Assembly: GCA_963815325.1 (NCBI GenBank)
Contig: CAWFGG010000001.1
Coordinates: 304,130-368,129, forward strand
Origin: an uncultured Gemmatimonadales bacterium
GTDB lineage: Bacteria; Gemmatimonadota; Gemmatimonadetes; Gemmatimonadales; GWC2-71-9
Length of the DNA stretch: 64,000 nucleotides
Direction of reading: 5' to 3'
Position numbers and translations under genes: made by a program. Every line of letters starts with the position of its first letter. The stretch's first letter is position 1. Of the stretch, positions 36,547-46,614 are shown piece by piece. Under the pieces are notes generated by a model. The model made no database searches, had not been told where the DNA came from, and saw only the letters and a program-made list of their open reading frames with translations.

Positions 36547-36840
36547 CTAAAAGAACTGGTCGACTCCGAGCGTCGAGACGTGGAGGCGCTCACCTTCCGG
36601 CATGTGCCCGGCCTGCGATTTGAGCGCTACCATCACGGGTTCCTGCCGCTCTGGTGACACGACGGAGAAGAAGAGCGTGGTGTTCCCGGGGAACGCACGC
36701 GTTCCGTGGCGTGGACCGCTCGTTCCCGCTCCGCACGCCTCGTTGACGCAGGTGTAGCCAGACACGCCTTCTTGCTTGAGCACATCAGTCATGATATCCG
36801 GATGGGTGCCGGGGTAGGTAATCAAGAACAAGCGGTGCAT
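36547..36840 (-). CDS. Small P-II-like transporter-associated protein (DUF3240 / PG0541-like)
   Basis: 97 aa: MHRLFLITYPGTHPDIMTDVLKQEGVSGYTCVNEACGAGTSGPRHGTRAFPGNTTLFFSVVSPERQEPVMVALK... resembles, from memory, the small proteins encoded just after RND pumps (G-F/Y-T ... GxG-SG-P-H-G-x-x-A-F/W-P). Its ATG overlaps the RND stop (TGATG). Confidence 0.5.
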   Translation of the reverse strand: MHRLFLITYPGTHPDIMTDVLKQEGVSGYTCVNEACGAGTSGPRHGTRAFPGNTTLFFSVVSPERQEPVMVALKSQAGHMPEGERLHVSTLGVDQFF

Positions 36841-39800
36841 CAGGACGTACCTCCTTCTCTGCGGCGAAGCTCCCAGTACAACAGCGGCACGACCACCATC
36901 GTGAGCAAGGTTGCGACGATGGCGCCGCTGATCAGCGCCACGGCCAGACCCTGAAAGATCGGATCGAGCACCATGACCAGGCCCCCGATCACCACCGCCG
37001 CGGCCGTCAAGGCAATCGGCCGGAACCGTACGGCGCCCGCCTCCACCACGGCCTCGGCCAACGGGCGGCCGCGCTCTTCCGCCAGCTGGATGAAATCGAC
37101 CAGCAGGATCGAGTTTCGAACGATGATGCCGGCGAGCGCGATCATCCCGATCATCGAGGTGGCCGTGAAGAACGCCCCGGTCACCGCATGTCCTGGCAGG
37201 ATTCCCACCAGCGTCAGTGGAATGGGCGCCATGATGACCAACGGAATCTTGAACGACTGGAACCACCCGACCACCAGCACGTAGATCAGGATCAAGACCG
37301 CCGCGAAGGCGATCCCGAGATCGCGAAAGACTTCGATGGTGATGTGCCACTCGCCGTCCCACTTCATCGCCGTCTCATCCAGCTGCTCGGGGAGAACGGC
37401 GTTGTAGCGCCGGATCTCAGCCCCGGCCACCCGCACCGTATCCAGGGCCCGGTTCATGTTCAGGATCGCGTAGACCGGTGACTCGACCGTGCCGGCTACA
37501 TCGCCGGTTACGTATATCACCGGGCGCAGGTTCTTCCGATAACGCGACGGCTCGCGCACGGTGGAGTCGACGGTGACGAATCGCGCCAGCGGTTGCGAAC
37601 CGGAGGCCGTGGCCACCGGGGTGGCCAGCAAGGCCTGCACCGAGGACCGCTGGGGAAGCGGGAACCTCGTCACGATGGGCACCGGCTCGCGAGCCGGCGA
37701 TTCTCGCACGAGGCCCGCGACCGATCCCGAGAGTGCCAGCGTGAGCGTGTGGGTCAGTTGTTCGACGCTGGCGCCGGCTTGCGCTGCGCGGACCCGGTCC
37801 ACGCGTGAACATCCACCCTGCCTGCGGCGCTTCGAGCGACCAATCGACATCGACCACACCGGCCGCGTGCTCGAAGACATCCTTGACGCGCCGGGCGGCC
37901 TCGATACGGGTGGAGTCGTCCGCCGCATAGATCTCGGCAACCAACGTCGAAAACACCGGCGGCCCCGGCGGAATTTCGGCAATCTTGGCGCTGGCCCGGT
38001 AGCGCCGCGCGATTGAGTCGATCCCCGGCCGCACCGCGACCGCGATGTCATGGCTCTGTCGCTTCCGATCGTCCTTCGGGCGCAAGTTCACCTGGAGGTC
38101 CACGCCGTTCGGGCTTTGGCGGAGGAAGTAGTGCCGCACGAGGCCGTTGAAGTTGAAGGGCGCCGCCGTGCCGGCGTACACCTGGGTGTTTTCAACTTCC
38201 GGTGTCTCCCCGACGTAGGCCGCCACTTCAGTGCCGAGCGCATTGGCGGTTTCGAGTGTCGCGCCCTCCGGAAGATCCAACACCACCTGGAACTCACTCT
38301 TGTTGTCGAACGGCAGCATCTTGACCTTGACCACCTTGATCGCCAGGAGCCCCATGGAGAGCACCAGGAGTGTGGCCACGGCGCCGTAGAACAGATGGCG
38401 GCGGCGCGGATCGTCCATGAGAGGCTGCATGATCCGGGCATACCGTTGGCCGAATTGCGACCGTTCTTCGGGCTCGTGGGCCACATCCGTCTTGGGGTGT
38501 GTCACCGGCACGTGGCCGCGCAGGAGGCGCAGTGCCAGATACGGAGTGATCATGAACGCCACGGCGAGCGAGGCCAGCATCGCCGCCGAGGCGCCGACCG
38601 GGATGGGGCGCATGTACGGCCCCATCAAACCCGAGACGAAGGCCATCGGGAGAATCGCGGCGATCACGGTGAAGGTCGCGAGGATGGTCGGATTCCCGAC
38701 CTCGTCCACCCCTTCCACGGCGGCCACCTCCGGTGTGCGTCCACCCATCTGGAGATGGCGGTAGATGTTCTCGACGACCACAATCGCGTCGTCGACCAGG
38801 ATGCCGATCGAGAAAATCAGAGCGAACAGCGTGATCCGGTTGAGGGTGTAGCCCAGGGCGTAGTAGACGAAGAGGGTCAGGCCCAACGTCACCGGAACCG
38901 CCACGAGCACGATGATCGCTTCCCGCCAACCCAGGAAGATGCCGATGAGCACGGTGACCGACAGCGTCGCGATCAACAGGTGGAGGATGAGTTCGTTGGC
39001 CTTCTCGCTCGCCGTTTCCCCGTAGTCGCGTGTCACTTCGAGTCCGACGTCGGCGGGAATCAACCGAGAGCTGGCTGCCTCGACGCGCTCGAGGACTGCA
39101 TGCGCGATGGCCGTGGCATTGGCGCCCGGTCGCTTGGCGATCGCAAGCGTGACGGCATGTTCCACGACACCGTCACGTCCCCGATGAGATACGTAGTGCT
39201 CGACTTCGCCGAAGGTGTCGTCGAGTGTGGCCACGTTTCCCAGATAGACCGGCCCGGCTCCCCGGCTGCTCACGACGACCCGCGCGAGATCCTGGACGCT
39301 CCGAATCGGGGCGCCGATCTGCACCCGGAACACGGCGTTGTCCGAGGCAAACTCGCCGGCCGTCAGGCGCGCGTTGGTGCCGCGAAGCGCCGCCGCTACT
39401 TCGCCCGGCGTGATCCCGTTCGATGCCAGGCGCGCCGGGTCGAGTATCACACGCACGGTGCGCGGTCTGCCGCCAACCACGAACGTCTCCGCCACGTCCG
39501 GCAGCGTCCGGACTTCATCATCGAGATGCGTGGCGATGAGCCGCAGTTCATCGGACCCGTAGCGCGTCGAGTGTAGGGTCAGCGTGAGGATCGGGACGTC
39601 ATCGATGCTGTGCGGCTTGACCAGAGGCGGAGACGCTCCGGGTGGAGCTTCGTCCATGGCCGCGGCGAGCTTCGCGTGGACCTTGCTGACGCTCCGATCC
39701 TGATCCTCGCCTACCGTGAAGCGCACCGTGACCAGCGTCATGCCGTCCCCGGCCATCGCGTAGACGTACTCGACCCCCGGATATTTCCCACATCAGCTTT

Positions 39801-40012
39801 TCGATCGGGCGCGTCAGCAAGTTCTCCACTTCCGATGGACTCGCTCCCGGGAAGGCCGCCATGACGTCGATCATGGGGACCGAGATTTGCGGCTCTTCCT
39901 CGCGCGGCGTGCCGAGCAGCGCGAGGGCGCCCACCGCCAAGGAGGCCAGCATGACCAGCGGGGTCAGTTTCGACCGGAGGAAGGCCTGTGCAACCCTGCC
40001 CGCGATGCCCAT
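36840..40012 (-). pseudogene. RND efflux permease interrupted by two frameshifts
   Basis: Three consecutive ORFs carry contiguous RND sequence. ORF 39599..40012 reads [22 protein letters not shown]...[14 protein letters not shown]...[12 protein letters not shown] 37417..39756 is preceded in its frame by YPGVEYVYA, then reads [13 protein letters not shown]...ILVDDAIVVVENIYRH...VDVDWSLEAPQAGWMFT. ORF 36840..38051 reads VDRVRAAQAGASVEQL...IVRNSILLVDF...LLYWELRRRE. The frame switches lie at about 39779-39785 and 37800-37810. Confidence 0.85.
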
Positions 40013-40015
40013 CGT

Positions 40016-41053
40016 TCAGCCCGCCTCTCCGGGTGGGGTCGGGAGCACGATGCGGTCACCAGGTTCGAGGCCGGAAAGGACCTCGACCCAATCACCGAAG
40101 GTTTCACCCAGCCGTACCCATCGAAGTTCAGTCTCTTCACCGCGACGAACGTACACTCCGTTCAGGGCCCCCTCGCGTACCAGCGCCGCCCGGGGCACGG
40201 CCAGCGCGCGACGCTCTCCTTGGACGAGGGCAAGCGTTGCGGCGCTCCCACTCAAGTACTTTTGGTTCGGATTGGTAACGAGTGCGTTGACGGTGTAGAG
40301 GTTCGCACCGGGACCCGGGACCACACCCTCGATTTTGAGGTCGACTGGCTCTCCCTCCAACGTCCCTCGTATGGCCGCGCCGCGGGCAAGTCCGCGCACG
40401 GCACGCGGCGGCGCCATCACACTCACGCGAAGCCGGGATGCATTCTCGAGCGCTACCAGCGGTGTCCCGGGGGCGGCAAACGCACCAGGATCAACAAACC
40501 GTCTGGTAACGACCCCGCCGAATGGTGCGCGGATCTCTGCGTAGTGCACCGCGGCAGCGACCTCGGCTGCGGCCGCCTGGGCCACCGCCACCCCAGCCGA
40601 GGCGCGACTGAGCTGGGTCTCGGCGGCGTCGAGCTGTGCTTTGGCCGCCGCGCTGTCGGCAAAGAGCGCCCGGATACGCGTCGCATGAAGCTCCGCCTCG
40701 CCGCGGACGGCTTCAGCTTCCCGCAGGCCCGCAGCCACTCTGGCGCGCTTGGCGTCCAGATCCCGGGCATCGATCTCGAGCAGCAACTGACCCGCCCGGA
40801 CCACATCGCCCTCCTGTACCAGGACCCGGGTCACGGCCCCCATGAGCTTGGTGCTGAGCGTCGCTTGCTGGATTGGTTCTGCCGTGCCCGAGGCCTCGAA
40901 CACATCCTCAAGCACGGTATCCGATACCACGTGCGTCGCACCGGTAGCAGTGGCGCCCGCCGGTCTGCTCGTTTGGTTGTCATGCCCACGCGAGCACGCT
41001 CCGACGGCGGCGAGGCTCGCGATGAAAATGAGGGGATTCGACCAGCGACTCAT
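40016..41053 (-). CDS. Efflux RND periplasmic adaptor (MFP)
   Basis: Lipoprotein-like N-terminus (FIASLAAVGAC). It has MFP lipoyl, coiled-coil and barrel segments (GTAEPIQQATLSTKLMGAVTRVLVQEGDVVRAGQLLLEID...). Confidence 0.88.
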   Translation of the reverse strand: MSRWSNPLIFIASLAAVGACSRGHDNQTSRPAGATATGATHVVSDTVLEDVFEASGTAEPIQQATLSTKLMGAVTRVLVQEGDVVRAGQLLLEIDARDLDAKRARVAAGLREAEAVRGEAELHATRIRALFADSAAAKAQLDAAETQLSRASAGVAVAQAAAAEVAAAVHYAEIRAPFGGVVTRRFVDPGAFAAPGTPLVALENASRLRVSVMAPPRAVRGLARGAAIRGTLEGEPVDLKIEGVVPGPGANLYTVNALVTNPNQKYLSGSAATLALVQGERRALAVPRAALVREGALNGVYVRRGEETELRWVRLGETFGDWVEVLSGLEPGDRIVLPTPPGEAG

Positions 41054-41057
41054 TGTG

Positions 41058-42425
41058 TCACTCCTCTAGGGCGGTCAGGCTCGCGACGCTGAGCCCGAAT
41101 GCTTTGCGTCGATCGGCTTCGCCAACGATGAGTTGATACTGGACGAGCGACAGTCCCAATTGCGAACTCGTCTCCGTGGCCTGGGCGTCGAGCAGTTCAA
41201 CCACCGTCGCGAGCCCTCCTTCATACTTTCGACTCACAATCCGGTGGGCCTCCCGGCTCTGTTCGACCGCACGCTCGGCGATGTCCAGTCGGGTGAGCGC
41301 CACCTCGACATCGGTTTGGCGGGCTGCCATCTCCACGCGCGCTCGGTGCGTCGCCGCCTCGGCCATGGCTCGCGCCGAAGCTTCCCGGCCCTTGGCCGCC
41401 TGCATGTCGCCGATCTCCGAGGCCCCCGCAAAGGGCGTCCAGACCGCCATGACCCCGACGGTCCAGCTCTTGTCGCCGGCGAAGAACCCGTCGGCGTACC
41501 AATCGTACCGGGCGAACGAGTTGACCCTCGGCACATAGCGGGACCGGGCTCGCCACACGTCGCGCCGGCTGGCATCCCAGGCATGGGTAGCTGCCGCCAC
41601 GTCCTGACGTGCCTGACGCGTTAACGAATCGGGCCGGATCACGGCTCGGATGCGAGTGGGAGAAGGGAGGCTCTCGGGTATCGTGGCGGCGGCGCTGGCT
41701 GGGTCGCCGAGCAACAACGCCAACTCCCGATGCGCGTTGGCGCTCTCTCCTCGAGCCATGGCCAGTTGCGCGTCGACTTCGCCGGCACGCACCGAGGCGA
41801 GCAGCGCATCGGACCGGGTAACCATCCCGTTCGTCACCATCAACTCAGCTTGTCTGGTATGTTCGTGCGCGGCGCGGGAGGCGGCTTCCAATGTCTTGAC
41901 TTGAAATCCCGCCAGGATTGACCCGAAATAAGCGCGCACGACGTCGGCGCGCACCGACTCCCGGGTCCACCGCGCATTTGCGGCACTCGCCGCGGCGGCA
42001 CTCGACGCCGCAGCCCGACCCAGCCACGCATCGGCATTGAAGAGCGGTTGTTCCACCACCAGCGCCCCGGCGTACAGGGATTGAGTCGCCGGATTATTCA
42101 GGGCGGCGGGGTCAAATGCCGCTGGCGTCACGGCGCGCTGACGGAGAATCGTTCCAAACGCGCCGAGCGGATCGGTCGTCCGGGTGTAGCCACCCTCGGC
42201 ACGGAGGGTCGGCAATACCCCCGCAAGGGCCGCGGTCTTGTCTCCGGAGCGGACCTGGGTTTCCCCCGCTGCGATACGGTTGGAATACGCCAGCTGGTCG
42301 GCCCGATCCAGCGCCTCGGCCAGCGAAAGGCTCTGGGCGGCCGCACCGGACACGGCACCTACGGCCAGGGTTGTCCCGAGCACTGTGCCGTAAACCATTG
42401 TCTTTATGTGTCTTGCGCTTCGCAT
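41058..42425 (-). CDS. TolC-family outer membrane efflux protein
   Basis: Signal peptide plus SLSLAEALDRADQLAYSNRIAAGE, and a second repeat with the OEP pattern. 455 aa. Confidence 0.85.
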   Translation of the reverse strand: MRSARHIKTMVYGTVLGTTLAVGAVSGAAAQSLSLAEALDRADQLAYSNRIAAGETQVRSGDKTAALAGVLPTLRAEGGYTRTTDPLGAFGTILRQRAVTPAAFDPAALNNPATQSLYAGALVVEQPLFNADAWLGRAAASSAAAASAANARWTRESVRADVVRAYFGSILAGFQVKTLEAASRAAHEHTRQAELMVTNGMVTRSDALLASVRAGEVDAQLAMARGESANAHRELALLLGDPASAAATIPESLPSPTRIRAVIRPDSLTRQARQDVAAATHAWDASRRDVWRARSRYVPRVNSFARYDWYADGFFAGDKSWTVGVMAVWTPFAGASEIGDMQAAKGREASARAMAEAATHRARVEMAARQTDVEVALTRLDIAERAVEQSREAHRIVSRKYEGGLATVVELLDAQATETSSQLGLSLVQYQLIVGEADRRKAFGLSVASLTALEE

Positions 42426-42470
42426 AGACCATACCTAAAGGGCGTTGAGCTCGCCAACCGGCAATTGTTG

Positions 42471-42500
42471 CTTCACTACTATATAACCATAAAGCTATAA
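42471..42500. promoter_or_regulatory. AT-rich element upstream of the second efflux operon, related to the arsR-proximal site
   Basis: CTTCACTACTATATAACCATAAAGCTATAA shares CTTCACTA(C)TATAT with 36138-36150. It also carries AACCATAAAGC, whose reverse complement matches GCTATATGGTT (36150-36160) at 10 of 11 positions. Confidence 0.4.
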
Positions 42501-42617
42501 AGCAAGGGATTGCGTCGCTACAGTCTGAGCCAGGCCTCGTGAAGGCCCTTGCCATCGAGTATGAGGGTTCCTTGTTTCTCCCCAACGCTCGATCATGTCC
42601 GTGGGTACCGGGTGCTA

Positions 42618-43022
42618 ATGGAAAGCAAGATGGAAGACAGGTCGGTCCGACTCGATCAGTGGCTCTGGGCCGCGCGGTTTTATAAGACCCGCGCCTTGGC
42701 TGCCCGCGCCGTCGAGGGGGGCAGCGTCCAGGTGGACGGCCAACGGGTAAAGCGGGCCAAAGCCATTCGAATTGGCGACCAGATCCGCATTCGACAAGCG
42801 CCGTTCGAGTACCAGGTGGTCGTTCGGGGACTGGCCGAGCGCCGGGGCTCGGCAGCTGCGGCAGGAGAACTCTACCTCGAGACACCGGAGAGCAGGTCGG
42901 CTCGGGAGGTCCTTACGACCCGCCTGAAGAGCGCGCCCCCGCCCCTGTTCTACGAGAAGGGCCGCCCTTCCAAGAAGGAACGGCGGGAGATGGAGCAACT
43001 CAAGCGGCGGCAACGTGAATAG
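42618..43022 (+). CDS. hslR: Ribosome-associated heat-shock protein Hsp15 (S4 RNA-binding domain)
   Basis: VRLDQWLWAARFYKTRALAARAVEGGSVQVDGQRVKRAK closely follows the HslR N-terminus, with a basic C-terminal tail. An alternative start is 42630. Confidence 0.85.
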   Translation: MESKMEDRSVRLDQWLWAARFYKTRALAARAVEGGSVQVDGQRVKRAKAIRIGDQIRIRQAPFEYQVVVRGLAERRGSAAAAGELYLETPESRSAREVLTTRLKSAPPPLFYEKGRPSKKERREMEQLKRRQRE

Positions 43023-43103
43023 AAGCAGGCGCCGACGCATCCACTCGCCCCCCAAGCTGCCGACGAGCAGTCATGCACAAGCGCACGGGCTGGAGCACCG
43101 TCC

Positions 43104-45018
43104 GTGAGCGCGCTCCTTGGCGCATTCCCGGAATATGGATCGCCACCGCCGAGTGACGCGGCGCTCAGCCCCGCGCTCGATGCGCTTCGCGTACGAGGCC
43201 GCGATCGGGAAGAGCTGCATCGTGAGGACGCGGCATTGCTCGGAGTGCTCCGCCACGACTGGGAGCTTGCACCGTGGATCTCGGGCAATGTCCTACTCGC
43301 CCGGGACCAGGAATCCGGTGTCGTCGTGGCCGCGGATGCGGCCCTGTACTATCGCGACGATTTGCTGCGCGCCATGGGGCAGGCCGGGATTCGCAGCCGG
43401 GGCAGTAACCCCGCCGAGCTGATCCTTGCCGCATACCTGGCATGGGGCGATTCGTGCCCCGACGCGACTCGAGGGTGATTTCGCCTTCATTCTCTGGGAC
43501 GGGCGCCAGAGGCGGGTGTTGGCTGCCAGAGATTTCGGTGGGAAACGGCCGCTGTTTCACGCCGAGTTTGGCGGGACGCTCTTTCTCGCCTCCACCATCC
43601 CGGCCCTCCTCGCCGCACCGGGCGCGAGCCGGGAACTCGATTGGACGGTGATTGCCGAGGCGGCCGCGGCGCTGACCAACTCACCGGACGAGACGGCCTT
43701 TGGCGCAGTTCGCCGTCTCCCTGCCGGATCGACGCTCGTGTACGAGCCAGGTTCGGCGCCACGAGTCCGGCGGCATTGGTGGCCGCCCACCTTCCGCACT
43801 TGGGGAGAACACAACTCGAAAGACGCGGCCGCGGAGCTCAGACGCACGCTCGAACGGGCGGTCGATGAGCGCATGGCAGGCGAAGGCGTAACGGCGTGTT
43901 TCCTCTCGGGCGGGTACGACTCCCCGGCAGTTTACGCAGCGGGACGCCACCTATTGGCAAACAGCGGAGCCCGGCGCGAACTCCGTGCTATCTCGATGAG
44001 TTTTCCGCCCGGCGACTCCGGCCGGGAAGACGAGCTCATCGAGCAGATCGTCGGACACTGGAACGACGCGACGCGTTGGATCCAGAGCACGGACGTTCCC
44101 TTCTGCGAGGATCCGGAGGAGCACGCGCGTCAACGCGCCGAGCCATACCCGCACCTCTTCGAAACCTTCAACCGCGTCGCCACCCGCGCTGCCGTTGGCC
44201 AAGGTGCACGGGTTGTGCTGGACGGGAGCGGCGGCGACCAGCTCTTTGCCGTCGGGGCGAATGTCCTGTCAGATCTGCTGCGTGGCGGGCATTGGCTCTG
44301 GTTGGCTTCGGATTGGAAGGCCCTGGGTGGAGGGAGCTGGCGAGACTTCTTCAAGGTGGCGGTCCAGCCCCGGATGGGACCGAAACTGCTTCGAGCGGCA
44401 ACCTGGCTCCGCGGCGGCCGCCCGCTGGCCGATGTCGGGTTCGTTCGCGACATCCCGCCCTGGTTCTCGAAGACGTTCGTCGAGCGCCACGGCCTTCGAA
44501 CCCGCGAGCACGATCGCCAACCGGCCCGCGGCACCATGAGTTGGTCCGCCTACGAAGCCTTGTGGTACCTGACCACCCCGGCGTTCCCTCGCATGGCCGA
44601 ATACGTCGCGAGCTTTGCCTTGGAGGAGGGCGCCGAGTACCGCTCCCCGCTCCTCGACAGGCGAATCGTCGAATTGGCGGCCACCCGCCCGGCATCGGAC
44701 CGGCGCCGGGGCACCGAGACCAAGCTACTGCTTCGCCACGCCATGGAAGGACTCCTACCGACATCCGTCCTCGCTGGGCGGCCGCACAAGACCGGGATGC
44801 CGGTGGACTACATGCGGGGATCCGCCCGGGCCCTCCTAGGCGGGCCGTTGCGTCCGCTGCTCCGAGATTCAGCCCTGGCAGAGGCCGGGATCGTCGAGCC
44901 GGAGGCCTTGCAGAGGGCAGTCGAGCGCTGTGTGGCTGGCCAGGACGACGGGCAGGCCGTTGGGCTCTACCTGACCCTCCAGGCCGAACTCTGGGCGCGT
45001 CAGCAGATTGGGGGGTGA
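43104..45018 (+). pseudogene. Asparagine synthetase B-family protein without the N-terminal Cys (lasso-peptide cyclase-like), one frameshift
   Basis: ORF 43104..43478 reads MSALLGAF...ELILAAYLAWGDSC. ORF 43426..45018 reads RLEGDFAFILWDGRQRRVLAARDFGGKRPLF...ACFLSGGYDSPAV (PP-loop SGGxDS). Together they make one AsnB-like protein if one base is removed near 43455-43470. Residue 2 is Ser, not the glutaminase Cys. Confidence 0.8.
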
Positions 45019-45201
45019 AGACCCGCGTGGGGAGGGGTGTCCCCGGTTTGGGACATCGCCCACCCCGGGTTGCCGCCAGCCGTTCGCCCCCCCCAACCCC
45101 CCCTTGCGGACGGGGCTTTCGTACGGTACAGTTTCTGCAGCTAAGAAAGCTGCGATGGGGTTGTGGTCATGTAGTCCGGCCCAATGTCTCAGAGGTGGTG
45201 T

Positions 45202-45384
45202 ATGTACGCCAAGCCTGTGTTGGAGCGATTCGGCACATTTCGGGATCTCACCCAGATGCCGCCGCCACAAGGAAAGAAGGATCCAGGTGCGGACCTGACG
45301 ATGCGATCAACTGTGAGTCCCATGCCGGTCCGGTCGCCGCTGCATGCGGTGGCAGTCCGGAACGGCGGCGGTCGCACGAGCTGA
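45202..45384 (+). CDS. Candidate RiPP (lasso-type) precursor peptide
   Basis: ATG preceded by GAGGTGG. The N-terminus MYAKPVLERFGTFRDLTQ fits the lasso leader pattern YxxPxLxxxGxxxxLTx with Thr at -2. A hairpin terminator lies 52 nt downstream. It sits between the AsnB-like gene and the ABC transporter genes. Confidence 0.5.
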   Translation: MYAKPVLERFGTFRDLTQMPPPQGKKDPGADLTMRSTVSPMPVRSPLHAVAVRNGGGRTS

Positions 45385-45435
45385 TTCCGCTGGGAGGTTC
45401 TTGACCTTCCGCCGCACAATTACCGAACTGTGAAC

Positions 45436-45480
45436 CGCCCGCCCTCTGAGAAATCTCCGAGGGCGGGCGTCCCTTTGGGT
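45436..45480 (+). terminator. Intrinsic-terminator-like hairpin after the small peptide ORF
   Basis: A perfect 11-bp stem, CGCCCGCCCTC (45436-45446) with GAGGGCGGGCG (45459-45469), a 12-nt loop, then TCCCTTTGGGT. Confidence 0.55.
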
Positions 45481-45572
45481 ATAGGGGCCGCCATCGGCCC
45501 GAGATCCTCGAGCCTGTTCAATCCTCGACGCTGGCAAGTGAGCCCTCCAGGCACCCACGGTACCAAGCCCCA

Positions 45573-46614
45573 GACCCGGCATTCGTTTTCCTCCGGGGGC
45601 TCACCAAGTCCTACCCGATTCACCGCCAATGGCGCGAGATACTGCGCCGCCCGTTCACCGAACAGTGGACGGCCGCGCTCGAGGGAGTGGACTTAGCCGT
45701 TGAGCGTGGCGAGTTCTTCGGCCTCCTGGGACCGAATGGGGCCGGCAAGACCACACTGTTCAAGGTGCTGTCCACCCTCATCACCCCAGACTCCGGTCAG
45801 GCCCAGGTGGACGGCCTCGACGTGGTGCGCAGACGCCGCCCAGGTGCGGAAGATCCTGTCGCCCGTGATCCCGGATGAACGCAGTCTCTTGTGGCGCCTC
45901 TCGGCGCGCGAGAACCTGAATCTCTTTGCCGGCCTGTACGGCTACAGCGGCAACGGCCGTGCGGCTCGGGTCAACGATCTCCTGGACATCGTGGGCCTGG
46001 AGGAAGCGGGCAACAAGATGGTGGGGCAGTTCTCGTCCGGCATGAAGCAGCGACTGCTCATCGCGCGGGCGCTCCTCCCCGAGCCGCGGCTGCTGCTGCT
46101 CGACGAACCGACCCGGAGCCTCGATCCGGTGTCGGCCGAGCGCTTCCGCAGGTTCCTCCGCGACGAGATCGGTGGGCGCCAGGGTTGCACGATCCTCCTC
46201 GCCACGCACAACGCCGAGGAAGCGCTCGATTTGTGCACCCGTGTGGCCGTGCTCGATCGGGGGAGGGTCCGGGCGGTTGGGACGCCGGAGGCGCTCGCGC
46301 TCCGCGTGGCGGAGCAACGCTTCCGGATCTACACGCGGACGCCAGACGCGCCGGCGTTCGGGGAGTTGCTCCACCGGGGGTTGGCGCAGAGTGTCAGCAT
46401 GACGGCAACGGCCGACGGCCAGTGGTCGGTAGTAGAAGTAGAGATTTCCAGAGGCAATGAGGGATGTGAAGCCGTTCTTGCCTACCTCGCCCGCCAGGGC
46501 GTTGCGGTAGCCCGGCTCGAGCGCATCCGACCCACCCTGGCCCAGGTGATCGAACACGTGGTGGCCCAGCATCCGCCGGTCGCACCATCATCAGCCGAGG
46601 CCCCTCGATCATGA
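45573..46614 (+). pseudogene. ABC transporter ATP-binding protein (ABC-2 subfamily) with a frameshift and no obvious start codon
   Basis: The frame of ORF 45687..45878 reads ...[66 protein letters not shown]...QVDGLDVV (Walker A). The frame of ORF 45700..46614 continues [19 protein letters not shown]...FSSGMKQRLLIARAL...LLLLDEPTRSLD (signature, Walker B). The switch lies near 45825-45835. There is no in-frame ATG/GTG/TTG upstream of LRGLTKSY. Confidence 0.8.

Noticed and set aside
36547-37362. Track ORF 36547..37362 (271 aa) as one gene
   Set aside because: Only its last 97 codons (from the Met at 36840) look protein-like, and they start exactly at the RND stop. The upstream part overlaps the RND C-terminus in another frame.
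37800-39785. Programmed ribosomal frameshifting as an explanation for the split RND pump (and likewise for the AsnB-like and ABC ATPase genes)
   Set aside because: None of the junctions has a slippery heptamer (X XXY YYZ) or an obvious downstream stimulatory structure. Several unrelated genes are affected, so indel mutations or sequence errors are more parsimonious.
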